A stretch of DNA of 64,000 bases, taken from the NCBI GenBank assembly GCA_018052455.1, contig JAGPNE010000004.1, positions 52,882 to 116,881 on the forward strand. Reading direction: 5' to 3'. Within the stretch, counting starts at the first letter, position 1. Each line of letters begins with the position of its first letter. Origin of the DNA: Candidatus Fermentithermobacillaceae bacterium (lineage in GTDB: Bacteria > Bacillota > Sulfobacillia > Fermentithermobacillales > Fermentithermobacillaceae). The translations under genes and the position numbers were made by a program. Of this stretch, positions 57,806 to 64,000 are shown one piece after another. The notes under the pieces were generated by a model. That model was not told where the DNA came from. It saw only the letters and a program-made list of their open reading frames with translations, and did no database searches.

Positions 57806-59098
57806 ATGAAAAATCGGCTAACACAGTTTATCAGCACATTTTTTGGCACTGGCCTTGATTTTCGGGTACGGCTATTCAATGTGCTTGCCATGGGCGGTAC
57901 AGTTATCAGCATGGCCATGGCACTGGTTGGCATTGTAGCAGATGCAGGGATTGGAAACATCATGGCTAATTTCATTTCAGCCGTCCTCTCCTACGCCTTG
58001 CTCTGCTATTCCCAGCGCACCGGCCGATACCAGTTGTGCTACATGATCACAATTGTCGCCATTTTTCTGGTGCTGTTCCCTGTTATGTTCTTCACGGCGG
58101 GGGGATATCACAGCGGGATGCCCAGCTTTTTTGTATTTGCAGTGACCTTCACCATCCTGATGCTGGAGGGCAAAAAGGCAATTGTGATGTCCATCATGGA
58201 AATTCTACTGTACCTTGCTATTTGCGTGATTGCCTTTCGCTATCCCGAACTGGTCAAGGCATGGGATACCGAGCAGGACATGCTCACCGATGTGATAGTA
58301 GGATTTGTATCGGTCAGTGCTGTGCTTGGCACAATGCTCTATCTCCACTTTAAGCTCTATAACGAGCAGCAAAAAAAGCTTGACGAACAAAATCATATCC
58401 TTGAGAGAGCCAGCCGTGCAAAAACAGAATTTCTGTCCAACACCTCCCACGAAATGCGTACACCATTGACGGTTATCTCTGTGAACGTGCAGACAGTGGC
58501 GGAAATTTTAGAGGACATGGGCGAAGCTGTGAGGGATGGAGAGGCAACGGAGTTGCTCCAGAACGCTCAGCAGGAGATCATGCGGCTGGCTCGCATGGTA
58601 GGCGGGACGTTGACTCTGGCTGCAATAAGCGAAAACACGGATAGGCAGGCACTGGATTTCTCCACCCTGCTACGCAGCAGTGTGGAGATGTTCTCCCTGC
58701 ATCTGCAAAAGCGGGGCAATACCCTGACTTCGGAAATTGCGGGAGGGCTGACCGTGTTCGGCACTGCGGATCTGCTGGCACAGGTGGTAGCCAATCTGCT
58801 TCAAAATGCCGCTGCCTATACCCGACATGGAGAAGTTACTCTGCGGGCTGAGAAAGAGGGGCACGAGGTGTTGATCGCGGTGAAGGATACAGGCGACGGC
58901 ATTTCCGCTGAGCTGTTGCCCCATGTGTTTGAGCGGGGTGTTTCCACCGGCGGTACAGGCTTTGGCCTATACCTATGCAAGACGGTGGTGGAATCCCACG
59001 GCGGCCGGATTTGGATTGAGAGCGAACCCGGAAGCGGCACAGCGGTGATGTTTGCCCTTCCAACCTATGAAGGGCAGTTCGGAGGTGAAGGAGAATGA
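57806..59098 (+). CDS. Membrane sensor histidine kinase
   Basis: About 5-6 TM; H-box FLSNTSHEMRTPL, N-box VANLLQNA, VKDTGDG, GGTGFGL. Confidence 0.93.
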   Translation: MKNRLTQFISTFFGTGLDFRVRLFNVLAMGGTVISMAMALVGIVADAGIGNIMANFISAVLSYALLCYSQRTGRYQLCYMITIVAIFLVLFPVMFFTAGGYHSGMPSFFVFAVTFTILMLEGKKAIVMSIMEILLYLAICVIAFRYPELVKAWDTEQDMLTDVIVGFVSVSAVLGTMLYLHFKLYNEQQKKLDEQNHILERASRAKTEFLSNTSHEMRTPLTVISVNVQTVAEILEDMGEAVRDGEATELLQNAQQEIMRLARMVGGTLTLAAISENTDRQALDFSTLLRSSVEMFSLHLQKRGNTLTSEIAGGLTVFGTADLLAQVVANLLQNAAAYTRHGEVTLRAEKEGHEVLIAVKDTGDGISAELLPHVFERGVSTGGTGFGLYLCKTVVESHGGRIWIESEPGSGTAVMFALPTYEGQFGGEGE

Positions 59099-59757
59099 AG
59101 CAGATTTTGCTGTTGGAGGACAACGAGCAAATTATGCAGGGCAATGAGCGTATGCTGAAACGGCGAGGCTATGAGGTTATCACGGCGCTGACCCTTGCCC
59201 AGGCGCGAATCGCCATTCAGGCACAGATGCCCGACTTGTTTGTGCTGGACATTATGCTGCCAGATGGAAGCGGACTGGACTTTATGTCGGAGCTACGCAA
59301 GTATTCACAGACACCGATTCTGCTGCTGACCGGGTTGACCACGCCGGAGGATATTGTGCGGGGACTTACGGTGGGTGGCGACGACTACCTTCCCAAGCCC
59401 TATGACTTTGGGGTGCTGCTGGCACGGGTGGAGGCACTGCTCCGCCGTGCACAGCAGGTGCCGGAGCGTATCCACAAGGGTCGGCTCTGCCTTGATGTAA
59501 CGGCTGATGTGGCAACCCTTGACGGCGCCGACTTGCTGCTGTCTCAGAAGGAATTTTCCCTACTGCTGATTTTCGTACAGAACGAGGAGCGTTTTATCAG
59601 TGCCGAATATCTGTATGAAAAGGTGTGGAAGCAGGCCATGGTGGGCAACAGCAATACACTGAAAACAACAATTAACCGTCTGCGGGAAAAAATCAAGAGC
59701 AGTGATTATCGAATTGCGTGGTCCCGTGGTGAGGGGTACTGCTTTGAGAGAGAATAG
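59095..59757 (+). CDS. OmpR-family response regulator
   Basis: ILLLEDN, LDIMLPDGSG, GGDDYLPKPY, winged helix with EFSLL...RLREKI....GEGY. Confidence 0.95.
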   Translation: MKQILLLEDNEQIMQGNERMLKRRGYEVITALTLAQARIAIQAQMPDLFVLDIMLPDGSGLDFMSELRKYSQTPILLLTGLTTPEDIVRGLTVGGDDYLPKPYDFGVLLARVEALLRRAQQVPERIHKGRLCLDVTADVATLDGADLLLSQKEFSLLLIFVQNEERFISAEYLYEKVWKQAMVGNSNTLKTTINRLREKIKSSDYRIAWSRGEGYCFERE

Positions 59758-59806
59758 GATTTTGAAATAATCAACACCACCCGTTGGGCCACGACCCATA
59801 ATACTT

Positions 59807-59850
59807 GTGGCGAGAGTAACAATTTTGTTACTCTCGCCACTTTTGATTTT
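59807..59850 (+). terminator. 34-bp palindrome / intrinsic terminator after the two-component pair
   Basis: gtggcgagagtaacaa-tt-ttgttactctcgccac followed by ttttgatttt. Confidence 0.8.
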
Positions 59851-59928
59851 ATGGCATGGTAAAACTATACACAGATTATAGTAGACTTTAACCTTTTACG
59901 AATCGTGTGTTTAGACGAGGAGGTGGCT

Positions 59929-60234
59929 ATGGCAATGGAATCTGAACAAACTGCAATCGAGCAGTTGAGAATTGTCCGTGTAGAGGCATTTGATGGAGAC
60001 ACCTTTGGAATTACGCTGGAGAGTGGGCATACCGTCCTGCTGGAACTGGAGCACAGAATCAAAGAACCGGCCTTTGCCACCCTGATCGAAAGCAGGGATT
60101 TCTGCAAGCCCTATACCGACGGCAAAGCAATCTGCTGGCCCGGTGGGGTATCCATCTCGCTGGAGGAGATTTTAGAGATGCTTCTCTCCTACGGCAATGC
60201 AACACAAAACCAAAATAATTATGAGGAGGAATGA
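59929..60234 (+). CDS. DUF2442-like protein
   Basis: IVRVEA......ITLESG...L.L.......F..L.....F....TDG.AI.WP.G; ATG 59929 after GGAGGTG. Confidence 0.65.
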   Translation: MAMESEQTAIEQLRIVRVEAFDGDTFGITLESGHTVLLELEHRIKEPAFATLIESRDFCKPYTDGKAICWPGGVSISLEEILEMLLSYGNATQNQNNYEEE

Positions 60235-60238
60235 GAGA

Positions 60239-63200
60239 ATGAGAACACAACGGGCAAGCAAGACACTGTCTTTGTTTCTGGCATTTTGCGTGGTATTTAC
60301 TATGCTGCCGACTGTGGCTTTTGCCGAAACCGGCGATGTGGATTCCGGTGTGCCTTTAGGCGTGAGCGGCATCATCACCGACTTTGCGCCGCTGGATGAA
60401 GATGTGGCAGAGCAAACGGTGGAAATGGGTACAGCCGAGGATATGCTGAAGCTGCCAAACCAGATGATAGTTACGGAAGAAACCGAAATTACGGCAACGG
60501 ACAGCGATGTCCATAGTACCGGCTCTGTCGCCCGCACTATGGACATCGGCGGGCAAACCGGTGTTGGTCTTGACGCTGATACCAGCGGAACAGGCTGGAC
60601 TTGGACGGCAAGCACCTCCACCCTGACGCTTAACAGCAGTTACCAAGGCGGCTACATAACACTTGAATGTGCCGACACCGATACCATCAATCTGTTATGC
60701 GACGGTGCCGTCACGGTTAACCAAGGTTCTACCTACGCCATCGACTGCTATGGGAGCCTCGTCATCAAAGGTGAAGGCCAGCTTACGCTTAGCGGCGGCA
60801 TAAGAGCCTCTAAAAATATCGTCATCTTGGGTACGATGGGCAATATCAGCGGCGGCATTGACGCCGGCGGCAGTGTTACTATCTCCGGCAGGGTGGGCGA
60901 TATTACGTCCACGATTCACACGATTTACGCAAATGGCGACATTACAATTTCCTCCAACGCCGTTGTGGGCAAGATAGGAGCAGGAGGCACCGGCTCTAGC
61001 AGCAGCACCCATGGCATTTACTCATATGGCGGCGGCGTGGTCATCAACGGCACAACAGGCGATATTTCAGGCACATACTATGGAATTTACGCAAAGGGCG
61101 GCAGTGTTATCATCAACGGCACAACAGGCGCGATTAGCAGTGCACTCGGATCAACGTCAGACAACTCCGGCATTCGCGCAGAAAGCGGCGGCGTTACCAT
61201 TACCGGCGAAACAGGCGCGATCAGCTCCGCGAGTAACTACGGTGTTTACGCGAAAACTGGCGACGTTTTAATCAGCGGCAAAACCGGTGATATCACCGGC
61301 GCGAAAGCCATCGGCATTTTAGCGTTAGCGGGCGGTATTACAATTTCACCTAACGCTGTTGTGGGCAATATCGCCGGCGCTCAAAACAGCATCGACGCAT
61401 ACGGCGACGTCACAATCGGCGGTAAAACCGGCGATATTACAGGCGTCGCAGGCAGCTTATTTGGCGGCGGCATTCGCGCAGGCGGCAGCGTCACAATCAC
61501 AGGAGAAACGGGCGATATTGCCAGCACTAACGCCAGCATCCCGGCAATTGGCGCAGGCGGTGACGTCTCCATCATAGGCAGTGTGGGCAAGATTGCAGTC
61601 ACCGCCTCCAGCGGTGGTGGTGGTCTCGGTATTTACGCTGACGGCGGCATCCACATCATCAATTCTGCCACGGTAAGCAGCTTCAATGGCGCGTTCAATA
61701 AGGCCCCCGCCACTTTACCCTCTTCCTATACAGCCACTTGGAGCAACAACGCGGACGGCTCCGGTGTGTCCACCGGCAGTACCTATACATGGAACGGCAG
61801 CCATAAATACGTAAAAATTGAAAATGGTAGCGGCGGTGGAACATCCGTCCCCACTGTGTCGAGCTTTGTGGCTGGACGCAAGGATGCGGATAGTGTGAGA
61901 TTTTACTTCACGCCCAGCACCACCGGGAAATTTGGATTTCAGATTGAGAAAAAAGAATCACCAGCGCCGACTAATCTTCCGCTGGTCCATGAAATGACTG
62001 CCATAATGGAATTTGGTATCGAGGCAAGAGAGTTTGGCGCCACCGCCACTGATATTCTCGTAATATATCTGCAAACCGAGGACACAGAAGGTGTCAAGAG
62101 CCAGATATACTCCCTTGAAGTCCCGGCATATACACCGCCGACGGATGCTAAAGCGCCAAGCATTAGCGAACAACCGACAAGCGCAACCTATGTGCAAAAC
62201 GAGACGCCCATCAATTTGTTGGTGCTCGCAAACAACACGGATGGCGGCAGCCTATCGTACCAGTGGTACTGTAATACGACAAACAGCACAGTAGGCGGAA
62301 CACCAGTCACCAGCTCGTCTATCAACGGGTGCACGCCATCCACTGCCATGGTCGGCACGACCTATTACTATTGTGTGGTCACAAACACCAACAGCGAAGC
62401 GACCACAAATAAAACCGCCACGGCGACCAGCGATGTAGCGGCGGTAACGGTGAATGCACCGGGCGGCACAACCTCACCCATCGAGATTACCGGTTTTGAA
62501 GCTATTCCCGATGAGGATGTCGGAAAAGCAGGAAGTACAATCTGTGTTAATGTGGCGGAGGTCATTAACCTTCTAAAATCGATCCATCCGTATGCAAGCG
62601 CAATGCACAGCGGCAACCAAACGACCCTTTTCCTTATTACAGGCTGGGAGGACACAGACGGCTATAATCCGAGCAAGGCAGGCAGCTATACCTTCACCGC
62701 TGCCGCTGCCATACTGCCTGGCTTTGCCAATAGTGCCGGTCACAAAGTCACCGTGGAGGTGGCGGTGGCTTCGGCGGATGCCGCAACCATCACCATCACA
62801 AAGCACCCTCAGAATGTAACCGTAACACAGGGCAGCATTAACGGAACCTTGACGGCGGAAGCTGTCGCAAGCAACGGCAAGCCTATCCGCTATCAGTGGC
62901 GTCGCTTTATCGGTGGTATTGGCAGCGATAACACGCAGCCTTTACTCGGCGAAACAAGTAGTACTCTCACCATCCCGGCAGGTCTAACCGCAGGGACTTA
63001 TCAATACCTTTGCGTTTTCAACACAGATGGTACCGATTATGTAGATAGCAATACTGCCATCGTAACCGTAAATCCGCCTTCTAGTGGTGGCAGCAGCGGC
63101 TCCGGCGGTGGAAGATATACACCACCTCCGGCCACCACGCCGCCACAAGGGCCGCCCAACCAGCCTATCACAGCGACGGCACCTGTGACCGCTGCAAGAG

Positions 63201-63823
63201 GCACAAACGGCATAGCCAATGCAAACATCCCCACAAGTGCTATTCCCGATGCCATTACCAGAGCAGAGGCCACCGCAAGAGCACAGGGTAGTTCTGCAAA
63301 CGGCATTTCGATAGAGCTGAATGTCACCATGCCGCAGGGGGCGACTTCCCTGACGGCTGCGATTCCCCAAAGTGCGTTGCAGAGTCTTGTCACAGCAGGG
63401 GTAAACCAGTTTACGGTAAATGGTGCTCCGGTATCTCTCGGCCTCAATCAGAGTGCACTTCAGGCCATTCAAAGTCAGGCCAGTGGCGGTATTACCATCG
63501 GCATGACCCCTGCAACCGGACTTTCCGCATCGGCACAGTCGATGATCGGCAGCCGTCCGGTTTACAACATTACCATCAGCTATACCGACAAGAGTGGTAA
63601 GACGCAGAACATTACCAGTTTCGGAAGCGGCACGGCTACGCTCGCTATCCCTTACACAGCCGGTAGAAATGAAGCCGCCGGCTACTTGTTTGGCGTGTAT
63701 GTGGACGGAAAGGGCAACGCAAGCCGTATCCCCGGCTCGGTGTATGATGCAAATAGCCGAAGCATTCTCATCCCTACCAATCATCTCTCGGTGTACGGTG
63801 TAGGCTACACGATAAAGAAGTAG
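60239..63823 (+). CDS. Large surface protein (Gly-rich beta-helix-like repeats, Ig-like domains), prematurely stopped before its SLH anchor
   Basis: Signal peptide PTVAFA; repeated G.VTI.G..G.I units; ITKHPQ and ISEQP Ig-like starts; TAG stop lies inside a 34-bp insert. Confidence 0.85.
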   Translation: MRTQRASKTLSLFLAFCVVFTMLPTVAFAETGDVDSGVPLGVSGIITDFAPLDEDVAEQTVEMGTAEDMLKLPNQMIVTEETEITATDSDVHSTGSVARTMDIGGQTGVGLDADTSGTGWTWTASTSTLTLNSSYQGGYITLECADTDTINLLCDGAVTVNQGSTYAIDCYGSLVIKGEGQLTLSGGIRASKNIVILGTMGNISGGIDAGGSVTISGRVGDITSTIHTIYANGDITISSNAVVGKIGAGGTGSSSSTHGIYSYGGGVVINGTTGDISGTYYGIYAKGGSVIINGTTGAISSALGSTSDNSGIRAESGGVTITGETGAISSASNYGVYAKTGDVLISGKTGDITGAKAIGILALAGGITISPNAVVGNIAGAQNSIDAYGDVTIGGKTGDITGVAGSLFGGGIRAGGSVTITGETGDIASTNASIPAIGAGGDVSIIGSVGKIAVTASSGGGGLGIYADGGIHIINSATVSSFNGAFNKAPATLPSSYTATWSNNADGSGVSTGSTYTWNGSHKYVKIENGSGGGTSVPTVSSFVAGRKDADSVRFYFTPSTTGKFGFQIEKKESPAPTNLPLVHEMTAIMEFGIEAREFGATATDILVIYLQTEDTEGVKSQIYSLEVPAYTPPTDAKAPSISEQPTSATYVQNETPINLLVLANNTDGGSLSYQWYCNTTNSTVGGTPVTSSSINGCTPSTAMVGTTYYYCVVTNTNSEATTNKTATATSDVAAVTVNAPGGTTSPIEITGFEAIPDEDVGKAGSTICVNVAEVINLLKSIHPYASAMHSGNQTTLFLITGWEDTDGYNPSKAGSYTFTAAAAILPGFANSAGHKVTVEVAVASADAATITITKHPQNVTVTQGSINGTLTAEAVASNGKPIRYQWRRFIGGIGSDNTQPLLGETSSTLTIPAGLTAGTYQYLCVFNTDGTDYVDSNTAIVTVNPPSSGGSSGSGGGRYTPPPATTPPQGPPNQPITATAPVTAARGTNGIANANIPTSAIPDAITRAEATARAQGSSANGISIELNVTMPQGATSLTAAIPQSALQSLVTAGVNQFTVNGAPVSLGLNQSALQAIQSQASGGITIGMTPATGLSASAQSMIGSRPVYNITISYTDKSGKTQNITSFGSGTATLAIPYTAGRNEAAGYLFGVYVDGKGNASRIPGSVYDANSRSILIPTNHLSVYGVGYTIKK

Positions 63824-63881
63824 AACGCACGAGGAAAGCGTCGGCTACCAATCATCTCTCGGTGTACGGTGTAGGCTACAC
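63774..63881 (+). repeat. 37-bp direct repeat flanking a 34-bp insert
   Basis: ctaccaatcatctctcggtgtacggtgtaggctacac identical at 63774-63810 and 63845-63881. Confidence 0.97.
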
Positions 63882-64000
63882 TGCTCCATCTGCCAAGTTT
63901 ACGGATGTTGCTGACCATTGGGCAAAAGAATCCATTGATTATGTAGTCGGCAGAGGGCTTCTCTCCGGCACATCGGAAACCACCTTTGCACCGAACATTG
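63845..64000 (+). pseudogene. Detached SLH-domain coding segment of the 60239 gene (continues past window)
   Basis: Reads TNHLSVYGVGYTAPSAKFTDVADHWAKESIDYVVGRGLLSGTSETTFAPNI. Confidence 0.85.

Larger units (their letters stand above)
43990..64000. mobile_element. Degraded integrative/mobilisable island (or assembly junction to foreign DNA)
   Basis: Abrupt loss of core synteny after glmM, recombinase remnant at the edge, visibly more C/G-ending codons, many broken genes, cargo of sensor and surface-protein cassettes. Confidence 0.65.

Noticed and set aside
57468-57809. 113-aa plus-strand ORF before the kinase
   Set aside because: No recognisable motif or RBS, and it overlaps the probable promoter region
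63774-63881. Calling this a bona fide CRISPR array
   Set aside because: Only two repeats, the repeat is in-frame coding sequence, it lacks typical GTTT/ATTGAAAC ends, and no cas genes or leader are in the window
1-64000. tRNA or rRNA genes
   Set aside because: No cloverleaf or rRNA signatures recognised, including at the island boundary

Overview
Bacterial DNA of Bacillota (Firmicutes) type in two very different parts. (1) About 1-43,950 is core chromosome in a Bacillus/Clostridia-like order. It holds the metK 3' end, comF, a late flagellar cluster (yvyF-flgM-flgN-flgK-flgL-fliW-csrA-fliD-fliS-fliT-like, no flagellin), a divergent cold-shock gene and hpf flanking a DnaA-box-like cluster, secA, prfB (+1 frameshift), csaB/tagA, split transketolase, ftsE-ftsX-M23 peptidase-ctp-minJ, uvrBAC, a DUF2089/DUF4097 operon, an inverted pgi(cupin)-rapZ-yvcK-whiA unit and cdaA-cdaR-glmM. 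(2) From about 43,990 to the end is a decaying, probably mobile region. It holds a broken large serine recombinase, a membrane-embedded LuxR regulator facing a lipoprotein/S-layer-protein operon, mobilisation-like remnants with a candidate oriT, and a kinase-regulator-DUF2442-surface protein cassette. The strongest candidate for an undescribed system lies at 10,284-13,040. An unannotated 26-aa signal-peptide-like ORF (MSKKVLRVIFAILTLLLAGAANFQLG) is enclosed in a nested RNA structure. It is followed by a membrane-anchored HD-GYP phosphodiesterase and a DUF5317-type membrane protein carrying signal-peptidase-II-like catalytic motifs, suggesting a putative peptide-pheromone to c-di-GMP circuit. 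A second striking feature is a 37-bp/34-bp/37-bp repeat-spacer-repeat that truncates a surface protein just before its SLH anchor. All family assignments come from motif recognition by eye; no searches were run.
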